Notes under the pieces: generated by a model
Told to the model about the DNA's origin: nothing
The model's database searches: none
Seen by the model: the letters and a program-made list of their open reading frames with translations, nothing else
Shown: piece by piece, positions 29,063-40,579 of the stretch
Numbering within the stretch: the first letter of the stretch is position 1
How the letters are laid out: each line of letters begins with the position of its first letter
Made by a program: the position numbers and the translations under genes
NCBI GenBank assembly: GCA_963822925.1
Contig: CAWGJN010000016.1
Coordinates: 9,802-73,801 of the forward strand
DNA from: an uncultured Gemmatimonadales bacterium
GTDB lineage: Bacteria; Gemmatimonadota; Gemmatimonadetes; Gemmatimonadales; GWC2-71-9
Length of the DNA: 64,000 bases
Reading direction: 5' to 3'

Positions 29063-30924
29063 ACCATCTGGATCCCACCGAGCTGCAGCGGCGCGCGAGC
29101 GGCGCGCGCTGGATCATCGCGGTCGCGTTCGCGGTGCTCGCGGGTGCCTTCTTCCGCGCGCAGATCCTCCAGCACGAGAAGTATCAGCTGCGGGCGGAGT
29201 CCAATCGCCTGCGCCCAGTGCCGTTGCCGCCTCCGCGGGGCGCGATCCTCGACCGGAAGGGCGAGGTCATCGCCGAGAACCTTCCCGGCTACACCGTCAA
29301 GCTCATTGCCACCAATGCCGACTCCCTGCGGTCGGTACTCAACCGTCTGGCCACCGTCGTCCCGCTCGACAGCGCCGGGATCAGTGAGATCGTGCGACGC
29401 TGGCGCGGCGCGCGGTACCAGCCGGCGGTCGTGTTCGGTGAGGCATCGTTCGAGACGGCGAGTCGCCTGGAGGAGCACCGGGCGCTCCTCCCCGGACTCG
29501 TGCTCCAGTCGGAACCCCGCCGGCTCTACCCGGCGGGCAAGGCGGTGGCGCACGTCGTCGGCTACGTGTCGGAGGTGACGGACGCGGAGCTCACGTCGAA
29601 CCGGTTTCCGGGGGCACAGTCCGGTTCGATCGTCGGTCGCGCCGGCATTGAGCGCGAGTACGACGATACCCTGCGAGGCCGCGAGGGCGTGCGCTACATC
29701 GAGGTGAATGCGCGCGGGGGCCTGGTGCGGAACGAGGCGAGCGCCGCATCGCTGGCGCCGGTGGCGGGCCGGGTGCTGCACACCACCATCGACCTCGACC
29801 TGCAGCGGTACATCGACAGCATCTGGCCGGCCGGCGTCCGGGGAGCCATGGTGGCGATGACTCCCCAGGGCGAGATCCGCGCACTCTACTCCGCGCCGTC
29901 GTACGACCCGAACCTTTTCGCCAGCGGCATTTCCAGCGCCGACTACAAGAACCTCGTCACCGACGAAGCCAATCCGCTCATCAATCGCGCGATCAACGGC
30001 CGGTACCCGCCGGCGTCGCCATTCAAGCTGGCCATCGCGGCCATGGCGCTGCGACGTGGCGTCGTCGGCTTCGAGAGCCACATGCCGGTGTCGTGCACCG
30101 GCGGTTACCGCCTCGGTAACCGGGTATTCAAGTGCTGGAAGAAGGAGGGCCATGGCTCACTCGACCTGATTGGTGCCGTGGCGAAGAGTTGCGACGTGTA
30201 CTTCTACCAGCTCGGGCAGCGCCTCGGGCTGGACGCGATCATCCAGGACGGCGTGCTGATGGGCTTCCGCGACCGGAGTGGTGTGGACCTGCCCAGCGAG
30301 CAGGAGCCGATCTTCCCCGCGGACCAGACCTACTTCGACAAGCGCTACGGTGCCCGCAACTGGAGTGCGCCCGCCACGGTGCTCAACTTCTCCATCGGCC
30401 AGGGCGAGAACACCCAGACGCTGATCAACATGGTGAAGTTCTATGCCGCGCTCGCCGGTGACGGGAAGATCCGCACGCCGTACGTGGTACGCGAGTCGAG
30501 CGAGCCTACGCACGACCTTGGGCTCGCCGCCGACAAGCTGGCGGGCCTGCGTACGGCGCTCATCGCGGTGGTAGAGCAGGGGACCGCGCGCGGAAGCCGC
30601 AGTATCAACCTTGCGGTGGCGGGCAAGACCGGCACCGCGCAGAACTCGCATGGCAAGGACCACGGCTGGTTCATCGGGTTCGCGCCGGCGGACAACCCGA
30701 CGCTGGTCGTGGGTGCCATCATGGAAGCGGCCGAGCACGGAACGAACGTCGCGCCCTACGTGGTGAAGGCGCTGAGCCGGTACGTGCTGGGTCCGGCGGC
30801 GCCGCCACCGACCCCGGCCGAGCTGCAATTGCCGGTGGACAGCGCGCCACGCGACGTGCCGGCCCCGGATTCCGCTGCACCGACGCCGGTGGCGTCGCTC
30901 CGCTCCGTGGGACTCACGCCATGA
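29059..30924 (+). CDS. mrdA: penicillin-binding protein 2 (elongasome transpeptidase)
   Basis: ATGA overlap with mreD. Transpeptidase motifs S-x-x-K (ASPFK) and KTGTAQ. PBP dimerisation domain at the N-terminus. Confidence 0.93.
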   Translation: MNHLDPTELQRRASGARWIIAVAFAVLAGAFFRAQILQHEKYQLRAESNRLRPVPLPPPRGAILDRKGEVIAENLPGYTVKLIATNADSLRSVLNRLATVVPLDSAGISEIVRRWRGARYQPAVVFGEASFETASRLEEHRALLPGLVLQSEPRRLYPAGKAVAHVVGYVSEVTDAELTSNRFPGAQSGSIVGRAGIEREYDDTLRGREGVRYIEVNARGGLVRNEASAASLAPVAGRVLHTTIDLDLQRYIDSIWPAGVRGAMVAMTPQGEIRALYSAPSYDPNLFASGISSADYKNLVTDEANPLINRAINGRYPPASPFKLAIAAMALRRGVVGFESHMPVSCTGGYRLGNRVFKCWKKEGHGSLDLIGAVAKSCDVYFYQLGQRLGLDAIIQDGVLMGFRDRSGVDLPSEQEPIFPADQTYFDKRYGARNWSAPATVLNFSIGQGENTQTLINMVKFYAALAGDGKIRTPYVVRESSEPTHDLGLAADKLAGLRTALIAVVEQGTARGSRSINLAVAGKTGTAQNSHGKDHGWFIGFAPADNPTLVVGAIMEAAEHGTNVAPYVVKALSRYVLGPAAPPPTPAELQLPVDSAPRDVPAPDSAAPTPVASLRSVGLTP

Positions 30925-32162
30925 GGGCGGGTTCTCTTGATCGCACGCTGGCCGTCACGACGCTGCTGCTGGTCGGATTCGGCCTCATCATCCTCTATTC
31001 GGCCGGGCAGACGGATGTGCCGACCAGAGCGGCCGGCGTGTGGTTCCGCCAGCTGGTGTGGAGCGGCATCGGCCTGATCGCGGCACTGCTGGTATATCAG
31101 ATTTCGCCTCGCATCCTGGAATGGATTGCACCGGCACTCTACGGCTTCGGCATCCTGTTGCTCCTCATCGTGCTCGCGGTCGGCACCGGTGCGGGTACGG
31201 CCGAGTCGAGCCACAGCTGGCTCTCCATCGGGGGCCGCCAGATCGGCCAGCCATCCGAATTCGCAAAGATCGCGACGGTGCTCATGCTGGCCCGGCACCT
31301 GTCCGGCCTGCGTGAGCCGCCGCGATCACTGCGCGACTTGCTGGTGCCCGGGCTCATCGTGGGTGTTCCGTTCCTGCTCGTGCTGAAGCAACCGGACCTG
31401 GGCAGCGCGCTGGTGTTCGTCGGGATCCTGTTCGCGATGCTTTTCTGGGCCGGTGCCCGGCCCCTGCTGCTGTTCCTCATCGCCTCACCAGGTTTCAGCC
31501 TGCTCCTCGGCTTCAGCACGCTGGGATGGACACTGTGGATGATCGCGCTGTTCGCGGTCCTCGCTTTCTATCGCCCCTATATCCTGGATTCGGTGCTGGT
31601 CTACCTGGCCAACGTGGTCATGGGTGCCATCGCCATTCCGATCTGGAGCCGCCTCCACCCTTACCAGCAGAACCGGCTGCTCACCTTCCTTAATCCCGAA
31701 GTCGATCCGCAGAAGGCGGGTTACCATGCCATCCAGTCGAAGGTGGCGATCGGATCGGGTGGGTGGTTCGGCACCGGCTACACCCAGGGTCCGCAGAAGC
31801 GGCTCGCCTTCCTTCCGGAGCAGCACACCGACTTCGTCTTCTCGGTGGTGGGAGAGGAACTGGGATTCATCGGCGTCATGACGGCCCTCATCCTGTTCGG
31901 CGTCCTGTTCCTCTCGCTCGTTCGGATCGCGCGTCGCGCCTCGGACCCCTTTTCCGGACTCGTGGTGTTCGGCATTCTCGGCCTGCTGTTCACGCACGTG
32001 TTCGAGAACGTCGGGATGACGGTCAACGTGATGCCGATCACCGGGATTCCTCTGCCGTTCTTCTCGTACGGCGGGTCGTTCTTCCTGATCTGTTGCGCCT
32101 GCATCGGCATGGCGTTCCGGGTGGCAGCGGAGTCGGATCGCTCAGCGTATCATGAGTTTTGA
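30921..32162 (+). CDS. rodA: rod shape-determining protein RodA (SEDS family)
   Basis: ATGA overlap with mrdA. Polytopic, with QPSEFAKI, LPEQHTDFVFSVVGEELGFIG and PLPFFSYGGS. Confidence 0.93.
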   Translation: MRAGSLDRTLAVTTLLLVGFGLIILYSAGQTDVPTRAAGVWFRQLVWSGIGLIAALLVYQISPRILEWIAPALYGFGILLLLIVLAVGTGAGTAESSHSWLSIGGRQIGQPSEFAKIATVLMLARHLSGLREPPRSLRDLLVPGLIVGVPFLLVLKQPDLGSALVFVGILFAMLFWAGARPLLLFLIASPGFSLLLGFSTLGWTLWMIALFAVLAFYRPYILDSVLVYLANVVMGAIAIPIWSRLHPYQQNRLLTFLNPEVDPQKAGYHAIQSKVAIGSGGWFGTGYTQGPQKRLAFLPEQHTDFVFSVVGEELGFIGVMTALILFGVLFLSLVRIARRASDPFSGLVVFGILGLLFTHVFENVGMTVNVMPITGIPLPFFSYGGSFFLICCACIGMAFRVAAESDRSAYHEF

Positions 32163-32281
32163 CAACAACTTAGGCTGAAGGGTCTGGCGCGGAGCGGACC
32201 ACCGTGCAAGATTCTACCGGTTCCTGGGAGCCGGTGAACCGTGCCGTTCGACCCCCAAGCAAACACTCATCTATGGCTGTG

Positions 32282-33145
<864 letters not shown>

Positions 33146-33175
33146 CGCACGGTACCGGATACCGGGTGGCGCCCC

Positions 33176-33215
33176 AGCGCCCCGCCTGCTCACCGGGTGG
33201 GGCGCTTTCGCTTTC
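33176..33215 (+). terminator. candidate intrinsic terminator or attenuator between accD and folC
   Basis: AGCGCCCC (33176-33183) pairs with GGGGCGCT (33199-33206) and is followed by TTCGCTTTC. Confidence 0.45.
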
Positions 33216-33247
33216 TGGACGTGACACGGCCCCTCAGCCAGGGATTC

Positions 33248-34492
33248 ATGGCCACCGCCACTGCATACGCCGACGCGCTGGAATTCCTGTTTCCGCGAGT
33301 CACCACGATCAAGTTCGGCCTCGATACCACCCGGACGCTGCTTGGGGCCGTCGGCAACCCGCACCTGATGATCCCCGCGATCCACGTGGGCGGGACCAAC
33401 GGCAAGGGCAGCGTCGCCAGCCTCATCGCGTCGGCACTGGGTGAGATGGGATGGAAGGTCGGCCTGTACACCTCCCCGCACGTGGTGTCGTTCCGGGAGC
33501 GCATGCGGGTGGACGGAGTCCCGATCCCGGAGGAAGCGGTGGCGATGTGGACCGCGAAGCTGCGGCCGCTTATCGAGGAACATGGGGCCACTTTCTTCGA
33601 AGCTACCACGGCCATGGCCTTCGCCGATTTCGCTTCGCGGGGGGCAGAAGTAGCCGTGGTGGAGGTGGGCCTCGGCGGTCGCCTCGACAGTACCAATGTC
33701 CTGGAGCCGCTGGTCAGCGTTGTCACCAAGATCGAGATCGACCATGTGCGATACCTCGGAGACACCCTGGAACTGATCGCGGGGGAAAAGGCGGGCATCG
33801 CGAAGCCGGATGCACCGTTCGTGATCGGCGAGGCCAGACCAGAACTGGTGGCGGTGCTCTGCCGTGAAGGCCAGCGATACGTGAGCGCGCTCGAGCCGAC
33901 GGCACTGCTCGACGCCAGGCCGGTACCGCCCGAAGCCGCATGGACCGGCCGGCTGCGGCTGCAGGGGCCGCACCAGCGCCGCAACGCTGCCGTGGCCCTG
34001 GCTGCGCTCGAGGCCCTTCCCGCCACCTATCGCCCTGATCCCGACGCGGTGGAACGTGGCTTCGCCGACGCGTTCATCGCCGGGCGCCTGGATCGCCGGG
34101 GTCGCTATCTCTTTGACGTGGCGCATAATCCCGATGGGGTGCGCACCCTGGTGACTGCGCTCGATGCCCTACGGCCGCCGGGGCCGATTCATGCGATCGT
34201 CGCGATCCTGGGTGACAAGGACTGGCCGGAGATGTTGCGAACACTCGATGGGACGGTCGCCCGCGGCGTCCTGACAATGGCGCCCACCGCTGTCGGCCGC
34301 ACGTGGAACCTGGAGGCACTGGAAGCGTGGATCCGCCGCCGGCCCGCGGGCGCTGGACTGGTGGAGTGGACGATAGATCCCGATCTCGGGCGGGCGGTTG
34401 AGCTTGCCCGGAGCGGGGCGGGGACTGTGCTGGTGACGGGTTCGTTTCATACGGTGGGCGACGTGATGCACCTGCTGGGACTCGACCCCTGA
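33248..34492 (+). CDS. folC: bifunctional folylpolyglutamate synthase / dihydrofolate synthase
   Basis: IHVGGTNGKGS P-loop-like motif, VVEVGLGGRLDSTN, GEKAGI.K, Mur-ligase C-terminal domain. Conserved accD-folC adjacency. Confidence 0.9.
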   Translation: MATATAYADALEFLFPRVTTIKFGLDTTRTLLGAVGNPHLMIPAIHVGGTNGKGSVASLIASALGEMGWKVGLYTSPHVVSFRERMRVDGVPIPEEAVAMWTAKLRPLIEEHGATFFEATTAMAFADFASRGAEVAVVEVGLGGRLDSTNVLEPLVSVVTKIEIDHVRYLGDTLELIAGEKAGIAKPDAPFVIGEARPELVAVLCREGQRYVSALEPTALLDARPVPPEAAWTGRLRLQGPHQRRNAAVALAALEALPATYRPDPDAVERGFADAFIAGRLDRRGRYLFDVAHNPDGVRTLVTALDALRPPGPIHAIVAILGDKDWPEMLRTLDGTVARGVLTMAPTAVGRTWNLEALEAWIRRRPAGAGLVEWTIDPDLGRAVELARSGAGTVLVTGSFHTVGDVMHLLGLDP

Positions 34493-34560
34493 GCAAGCCG
34501 GCTCGGGCATGCAGGAGCGACCCCTCACTCCTGACCCCCCACGCTGATATCTTGTCGCCC

Positions 34561-35844
34561 ATGCAACTCCAAGCCCTGCCGGGCTTTCGCGATTTCTTTC
34601 CGGCCGATCATGCCGTCCGGTCGCACATTTTCGCCGCCTGGCGGAAGGTGGCAAGCCGGTATGGCTTCGAGGAATACGACGGGCCACCACTCGAACCCCT
34701 GGAGCTGTACACGGCGAAGAGCGGTGACGAGATCGTCGGGCAGCTCTACAGCTTCGAGGACAAGGGCGGGCGGCAGGTCTCGCTGCGGCCGGAGATGACG
34801 CCGACATTGGCCCGCATGGTCGCGGCTCGCGCCAACGGGCTCCGGAAACCGATTCGCTGGTTCTCGATCCCGCAGCTGTTCCGCTACGAGCGACAGCAGC
34901 GCGGCCGGCTGCGCGAGCACTTTCAGCTCAACTGCGACCTGATCGGCGAACCGGGCCCTGGGGCGGACGCCGAAATCATCGCGCTGGCGATCGACGTGAT
35001 GCGCGCACTGGGCCTCGCGTCGAGCGACTTCAAGGTGCGGCTGTCCGACCGGCGCATCCTCGACGCCTTGCTGCGACAGCGGAACCAGACCGACGCGCAG
35101 ATCACCGTGTGGCAGCAGGTGCTGGACAAGTTCGGCCGCACGCCAGAAACCGTGTCGCGGCAGAAGCTGCACGACGCCGGAGTGTCGGATGCCGCCGCCG
35201 AGGCGATCATCGGGCTGGCGCAGGCGAAGAGCTGGGAGCCGCTGTCCGATCCCGCCCTCGCCGCTGCAAGCGCCTCGCTGCTCGAGGTGGTCCGACTGCT
35301 CGACGCGATGGGACTGGGCGAGTACGTGGAACCCGACTTCACCATCGTGCGCGGTCTGGCCTACTACACCGGCACGGTGTTCGAGCTGTTCGACATGAAG
35401 GGCGAGCTGCGCGCGATCTGCGGTGGCGGCCGCTACGACAACCTCGTGGGGGCCGTCGGCGGCGTCGACCTGCCGTGTGTCGGATTTGGCATGGGTGATG
35501 TGGTCCTGGCTGAGCTGCTGAAGGAGCGGGACCTGCTCCCGTCCAACGCATCCCGACTGGATGTGTTCGTAGCCTCGGTCTCGGAGGCCGACCGGCCTGA
35601 CGTGCTGGCGCTCGCGCACGAGCTGCGCGGCGCCGGGATCAGCGTGGAGTACGCCCTCGCGCCGCAGGCACTGGGCAAGCAGCTCAAGCAGGCGGATGCG
35701 CGCGGTGCGCGCTGTGCCGTCGTCATCGGCCCCGACGACCGCGCGCGTGGTGAAGTGCAGCTCAAGGACCTGGCGAGCCACGACCAGCTGGCCGCGAAGC
35801 GTTCGGACATAGTGGGTGCGGTCGCCGCGCTGCTGGCGCGATGA
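34561..35844 (+). CDS. hisS: histidine--tRNA ligase
   Basis: LPGFRDF.P, LRPE.T....R, RYERPQ-like FRYERQQRGRLREH, GGGRYD.L. ATG 34561 is preferred. The ORF-track start at 34552 is TTG. Confidence 0.93.
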   Translation: MQLQALPGFRDFFPADHAVRSHIFAAWRKVASRYGFEEYDGPPLEPLELYTAKSGDEIVGQLYSFEDKGGRQVSLRPEMTPTLARMVAARANGLRKPIRWFSIPQLFRYERQQRGRLREHFQLNCDLIGEPGPGADAEIIALAIDVMRALGLASSDFKVRLSDRRILDALLRQRNQTDAQITVWQQVLDKFGRTPETVSRQKLHDAGVSDAAAEAIIGLAQAKSWEPLSDPALAAASASLLEVVRLLDAMGLGEYVEPDFTIVRGLAYYTGTVFELFDMKGELRAICGGGRYDNLVGAVGGVDLPCVGFGMGDVVLAELLKERDLLPSNASRLDVFVASVSEADRPDVLALAHELRGAGISVEYALAPQALGKQLKQADARGARCAVVIGPDDRARGEVQLKDLASHDQLAAKRSDIVGAVAALLAR

Positions 35845-35870
35845 ATCCCGGAATTCTCTCTGGAGCACGG

Positions 35871-37322
35871 ATGGCTGACAACAAGGCACTGACCCCGCGC
35901 GCGACTGACTTCAGCGCGTGGTACAACGAACTGATCATGAAAGCACAGCTGGCCGACTACAGCCCGGTGCGCGGCTGCATGGTCATTCGGCCCAACGGCT
36001 ACGCTATCTGGGAACAGATGCAGTCTGCCCTGGACCGGATGTTCAAGGATACCGGGCACCAGAACGCCTATTTCCCATTGTTCATCCCGCAGAGCTTCCT
36101 GTCCCGAGAGGCGGCGCACGTCGAGGGCTTTGCACCCGAGACCGCCGTGGTGACCCATGGCGGAGGCAAGCTGCTGGACGAGCCGCTGGTCGTCCGCCCG
36201 ACGTCCGAGACGATCATCTACGCGATGTACGCGAAGTGGATCCAGAGCTACCGCGACCTGCCGGTGCTGATCAACCAGTGGGCCAACGTGGTGCGGTGGG
36301 AGCTGCGCACCCGCCTGTTCCTGCGCACCACCGAATTCCTCTGGCAGGAAGGCCATACCGCGCACGCAACCGAGGCGGAGGCCGAAACCGAGACGCTGAT
36401 GATCCTCGGCCTCTACCGCACCTTCATGGAGCAGTGGATGGCGATGCCGGTGCTGACCGGCCGCAAGACCGACAGTGAGCGGTTTGCCGGCGCGCTCCGC
36501 ACGTATGCCTGCGAGGCCCTGATGCAGGACAACAAGGCGCTCCAGGCGGGCACCAGCCACAACCTGGGGCAGAACTTCGCCCGGGCTTTCGAGGTGATGT
36601 ACCAGAGCCAGGAGGGGAAACAGGAGTACGTCTGGAACACCTCGTGGGGCGTATCGACCCGGTTGGTGGGCGGCCTCATCATGACGCACGGTGACGACAC
36701 CGGGCTCATCTGTCCGCCGCGGCTGGCCCAGTACCAGGTCGTGATCGTCCCGATCTACAAGGCCGATGCGGAGCGCGCCGCCATGCTGGAAGCAGCTGAA
36801 AAGGTGAAGGCGGAACTCCAGAAGGCGGGCATCAGGGTGCACGTTGACGGGCGGGAAGGCATCAAACCCGGCGCCAAGTACTACGAATGGGAGACGCGCG
36901 GCGCCCCCTTCCGCTTCGAGCTCGGTCCACGCGACGTGAGCGCCGGCACGGTCATGCTGGCCCGGCGCACGGGTGGCAGCAAGGAGGCCTTGCCGCTCGA
37001 AGGCATCGGTCCGCGCATGGTCCAGGAGGTGGAGCGGATGCAGCACGACCTCCTCAACGCAGCCACGCTTCGGCGGGAGCACAACAGTTTCCGCCATCCG
37101 GAGAGCAAGCAGGCGTTCATCGACTATCTGGAGAACGGCGGCGGCTTCGTGTATGCCGGATGGTGTGGGGACCCGGCAGTCGAGGCCGAGATCAAGGAGC
37201 AGACGAAGGCGACGATCCGCGTCATTCCCGACGGCGAGTTCCGTTCCTCGGAGGCACCCACGAAGTGCATATGGACCGGGCGGCCGGCCGTTGCGGAGGT
37301 GGTGTGGGCGAGGGCGTACTGA
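35871..37322 (+). CDS. proS: proline--tRNA ligase (short type without an insertion editing domain)
   Basis: DFSAWYNELI..A.LADYSPVRGCMVIRP.GYAIWE, RPTSET, EFLWQEGHTAH, and a C-terminal Zn-like domain ending ...VWARAY. Confidence 0.93.
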   Translation: MADNKALTPRATDFSAWYNELIMKAQLADYSPVRGCMVIRPNGYAIWEQMQSALDRMFKDTGHQNAYFPLFIPQSFLSREAAHVEGFAPETAVVTHGGGKLLDEPLVVRPTSETIIYAMYAKWIQSYRDLPVLINQWANVVRWELRTRLFLRTTEFLWQEGHTAHATEAEAETETLMILGLYRTFMEQWMAMPVLTGRKTDSERFAGALRTYACEALMQDNKALQAGTSHNLGQNFARAFEVMYQSQEGKQEYVWNTSWGVSTRLVGGLIMTHGDDTGLICPPRLAQYQVVIVPIYKADAERAAMLEAAEKVKAELQKAGIRVHVDGREGIKPGAKYYEWETRGAPFRFELGPRDVSAGTVMLARRTGGSKEALPLEGIGPRMVQEVERMQHDLLNAATLRREHNSFRHPESKQAFIDYLENGGGFVYAGWCGDPAVEAEIKEQTKATIRVIPDGEFRSSEAPTKCIWTGRPAVAEVVWARAY

Positions 37323-37324
37323 CG

Positions 37325-38638
37325 GTGGCTGCGGGCCAGGCGCTGGGTGCGGTGCCGGATCCGGCGCTCCTGCTCGAGGACGCGGGGCTGGTGCGGCGCG
37401 AGGGCACGCTGCTCGCTGGCGGCGTGTCGCTGGCGCAGGTGGCGAGCGAGTTCGGGACGCCGGCCTACGTCTACAACGCGGATGTCATCCGGCGGCAGTT
37501 CCGGGACCTGGATGAGGCGCTTGCAGCCGTGCCGCACCGCATCTGCTTTGCGGTGAAGGCGAACAGCAATCTGGGTGTGCTTCGGGTGCTTCGTGATCTT
37601 GGCGCCGGGGCCGACATCGTTTCCGAGGGCGAAATGGCCCGGGCGCTGGCGGCCGGTTTCCCGAGCGACCGCATCGTCTTCAGCGGCGTTGGCAAACGGG
37701 AAGAGGAGCTTCGCGCGGCGATCGCCGCCGGCATCGGCCATGTCAACGTGGAATCGATGGCGGAGCTCGAGCTGCTCTCCCGGCTCGCCGAAGGCGCGAG
37801 GACGCCGGTGCCGCTCGGCATCCGGGTCAATCCTGATGTCACTGCCGAGACCCATCCCTACATCTCGACCGGCAAGCGCGGGATCAAGTTCGGGATTCCG
37901 CTCGATCAGGTGCGGCCGGCGGCGAAGGCGATCCGGTTGCATCCCGGCCTGGAGCTGGTGGCGCTCGCCATGCACATCGGGAGCCAGCTGACCGATACCC
38001 AGCCGTTCGCGGAAGGGGCTGGAAGGCTGGTGGACCTCGTGGACGCCGTGCGGGCCGACGGCACCACCACGCTGCGCGAACTCGACGTCGGCGGCGGGCT
38101 CGGCATCCGGTATCACGAGGAGGTGCCGATCCCGCCGCGGGATTTCGCGGCGGCACTCATACCGCTGGTGACGCCGACGGGCCTCACGCTCTACCTCGAA
38201 CCGGGACGCTTCCTCGTCGGGGGCTCGGGCGTCCTCCTCACGCGGGTGCTTTTCCGGAAGCACTCGGGCGGGAAGGAATTCGTCATTGTCGATGCCGGCA
38301 TGAACGATCTCGAGCGCCCGAGCCGGTATCAGGCGTACCACGCGATTCTTCCAGTCGAGCGGCGGGACGGTGCGCCGATTGTGGCCGACGTCGTGGGGCC
38401 GGTGTGCGAGACGGGCGACTTTTTCGCCCTCGACCGCGACGTGGCGCCCATGGAGCCCGGCGACCTGGCCGCGATCCTCTGCGCCGGCGCGTACGGCTTC
38501 GTGATGGCCTCCAACTACAACACCCGGCCCCTTCCACCCGAGGTTATCATCGATGACGGCCGCGCCTGGCTGTCGCGTCCGCGACAGCAGGTGGCCGAGC
38601 TGTTCAGCAGTGAACGCGTTACGAGCGAGGAGCGGTGA
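37325..38638 (+). CDS. lysA: diaminopimelate decarboxylase
   Basis: GTG is 2 nt after the proS stop. Contains [16 protein letters not shown] (PLP Lys), [28 protein letters not shown]. Confidence 0.92.
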   Translation: MAAGQALGAVPDPALLLEDAGLVRREGTLLAGGVSLAQVASEFGTPAYVYNADVIRRQFRDLDEALAAVPHRICFAVKANSNLGVLRVLRDLGAGADIVSEGEMARALAAGFPSDRIVFSGVGKREEELRAAIAAGIGHVNVESMAELELLSRLAEGARTPVPLGIRVNPDVTAETHPYISTGKRGIKFGIPLDQVRPAAKAIRLHPGLELVALAMHIGSQLTDTQPFAEGAGRLVDLVDAVRADGTTTLRELDVGGGLGIRYHEEVPIPPRDFAAALIPLVTPTGLTLYLEPGRFLVGGSGVLLTRVLFRKHSGGKEFVIVDAGMNDLERPSRYQAYHAILPVERRDGAPIVADVVGPVCETGDFFALDRDVAPMEPGDLAAILCAGAYGFVMASNYNTRPLPPEVIIDDGRAWLSRPRQQVAELFSSERVTSEER

Positions 38639-40224
38639 GCGACCAGCACGACAGAATCCTGATACTCGACTTCGGTTCGCAGGTTACGCAATTGATCGCG
38701 CGGCGCGTGCGCGAGGCGCATGTCTACTGCGAGATCCATCCCAACGACGTGAGTGACCAGTTCATCCGGGACTTCAAGCCCCGGGGCATCATTCTCTCCG
38801 GCAGCCACGCCAGCACCTACGAAGACCGCGACCTTCGCGCGCCACAGGCGGTGTGGGACGCGGGCGTGCCGGTGCTGGGCATCTGCTACGGCATGTTCAC
38901 CATGGCGGTGCAGCAGGGCGGTGAGGTGGAGCCCAGCACCTACCGGGAATTCGGCTATGCCGAAGTGCGGGCGCACGGGCACACCCGCCTGCTGAACGGC
39001 ATCGAGGACTTCAGCACCCGGGAGGGCCATGGGATGCTGAAGGTGTGGATGAGCCACGGTGACAAGGTGACGCGGCTGCCCGACGGGTTCAAGCTGATGG
39101 CGTCGACACCGAGTTGCCCGATTGCCGGGATGGCCGACGAGGCGCGAGGCTACTACGGCGTGCAGTTCCATCCCGAAGTAACCCACACGGTGCAGGGCAG
39201 GGCACTGATCAACCGGTTCGTGCTGGACATCGCCGGGGCACGGCCCGACTGGGTGATGGGCAACTACATCGACGAAGCGGTGAAGCGGATCCGGGAGCAG
39301 GTCGGCACCGAGGAGGTGCTGCTGGGGTTGAGCGGTGGCGTCGATTCCAGTGTCGCGGCGGCACTGATTCACCGCGCCATAGGCGACCAGCTCACATGCG
39401 TCTTTGTGGATCACGGGCTCCTCCGCCTGAGCGAAGCGCAAATGGTGATGGACATGTTCGCCGGGCAGCTCAAGGCCCGGGTGGTACACGTCGATGCGAG
39501 CGACCAGTTCCTCGGTCACCTGGCCGGGGTCATCGATCCCGAACAGAAGCGCAAGATCATCGGCCGCGAATTCATCGAGGTATTCCAGGCCGAGGCGAAG
39601 AAACTCAAAAACGTGCGCTGGCTGGCCCAGGGCACGATCTATCCCGACGTGATCGAGTCGGGCAGCGCCGGGAAGAAGGCGATCACGATCAAGAGCCATC
39701 ACAACGTGGGCGGACTGCCCGCCACGCTGGGCCTCAAGCTGCTGGAGCCCCTGCGCGAGCTGTTCAAGGACGAGGTACGCGAGCTCGGCGTGGCCCTCGG
39801 GCTGCCGCATGACATGGTGTACCGGCATCCGTTCCCTGGACCGGGACTGGGCGTGCGCATTCTGGGCGAGGTGAAGCGCGAATACGCCGATCTCCTTCGC
39901 CGCGCCGATGCCATCTTCATCGAGGAATTGCGGCTGGCACGCGACGAGGCGACCGGGAAGAGCTGGTACGACCTGACGAGCCAGGCGTTCGCGGTGTTCC
40001 TGCCGGTGCGGAGCGTGGGCGTGATGGGCGATGGTCGCACGTACGAGTTCGTGGTGGCGCTGCGCGCGGTGCAGACCAGCGACTTCATGACCGCGGACTG
40101 GGCGCCGCTGCCGTACAGCCTGCTCAAGAAGGTCTCGTCGAGGATCATCAACGAGGTGCGCGGCATCAACCGCGTCACCTACGACGTGTCGAGCAAGCCT
40201 CCAGCAACAATCGAGTGGGAGTAG
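38635..40224 (+). CDS. guaA: GMP synthase (glutamine-hydrolysing)
   Basis: GATase domain (GICYG), ATP-PPase [10 protein letters not shown], ending ...[12 protein letters not shown] overlap with lysA. Confidence 0.97.
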   Translation: MSDQHDRILILDFGSQVTQLIARRVREAHVYCEIHPNDVSDQFIRDFKPRGIILSGSHASTYEDRDLRAPQAVWDAGVPVLGICYGMFTMAVQQGGEVEPSTYREFGYAEVRAHGHTRLLNGIEDFSTREGHGMLKVWMSHGDKVTRLPDGFKLMASTPSCPIAGMADEARGYYGVQFHPEVTHTVQGRALINRFVLDIAGARPDWVMGNYIDEAVKRIREQVGTEEVLLGLSGGVDSSVAAALIHRAIGDQLTCVFVDHGLLRLSEAQMVMDMFAGQLKARVVHVDASDQFLGHLAGVIDPEQKRKIIGREFIEVFQAEAKKLKNVRWLAQGTIYPDVIESGSAGKKAITIKSHHNVGGLPATLGLKLLEPLRELFKDEVRELGVALGLPHDMVYRHPFPGPGLGVRILGEVKREYADLLRRADAIFIEELRLARDEATGKSWYDLTSQAFAVFLPVRSVGVMGDGRTYEFVVALRAVQTSDFMTADWAPLPYSLLKKVSSRIINEVRGINRVTYDVSSKPPATIEWE

Positions 40225-40526
40225 CCTGGGTGCTCAAGCAACAGAGAAGGCGTCGCGACCGAGGAGGACGAGGCTCGCGGGTCGACTGGCCCGGCAAGCG
40301 GGACGTGATCCTCCGATCGGAGAAGACTGGCGCCAAGGCGGTAGGGACCCTCGCCATTGGGTCATTGGCGGTTGGCGCACTGGCCTTCGGCGCTCTCGCC
40401 ATCGGTGCGCTGGCTATCGGCAAGCTCGCTATCTATCGGGTGCGGATACGGCGCCTGGAGGTGGATGACCTTGTGGTGCGCCGGCTGGAGATCCGCAAGA
40501 CAATGCAGGACGAGTCTGATTCGTGA
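40215..40526 (+). CDS. small protein with an Arg-rich N-terminus and six tandem G-x-L-A-[IVF] pentapeptide repeats
   Basis: GC3-biased frame. Repeats [30 protein letters not shown] are encoded at 40344-40433, followed by [22 protein letters not shown]. The start is uncertain (GTG 40215 or 40230). Confidence 0.5.
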   Translation: MGVAWVLKQQRRRRDRGGRGSRVDWPGKRDVILRSEKTGAKAVGTLAIGSLAVGALAFGALAIGALAIGKLAIYRVRIRRLEVDDLVVRRLEIRKTMQDESDS

Positions 40527-40579
40527 TCGACAGCATACTCATCACGCCACACTGATGTCGCGTGTCCATCAGGGTACGA

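Noticed and set aside
36887-37324. N-terminal 146 codons of the lysA ORF overlapping proS. The same pattern occurs at 46166-46534 (GGDEF ORF over corA), 28894-29058, 17306-17497, 13417-13647 and 16100-16198.
   Set aside because: The upstream extensions are out-of-frame translations of the preceding genes (Arg/Pro-rich). Conserved N-termini and start/stop overlaps support the shorter starts I used.
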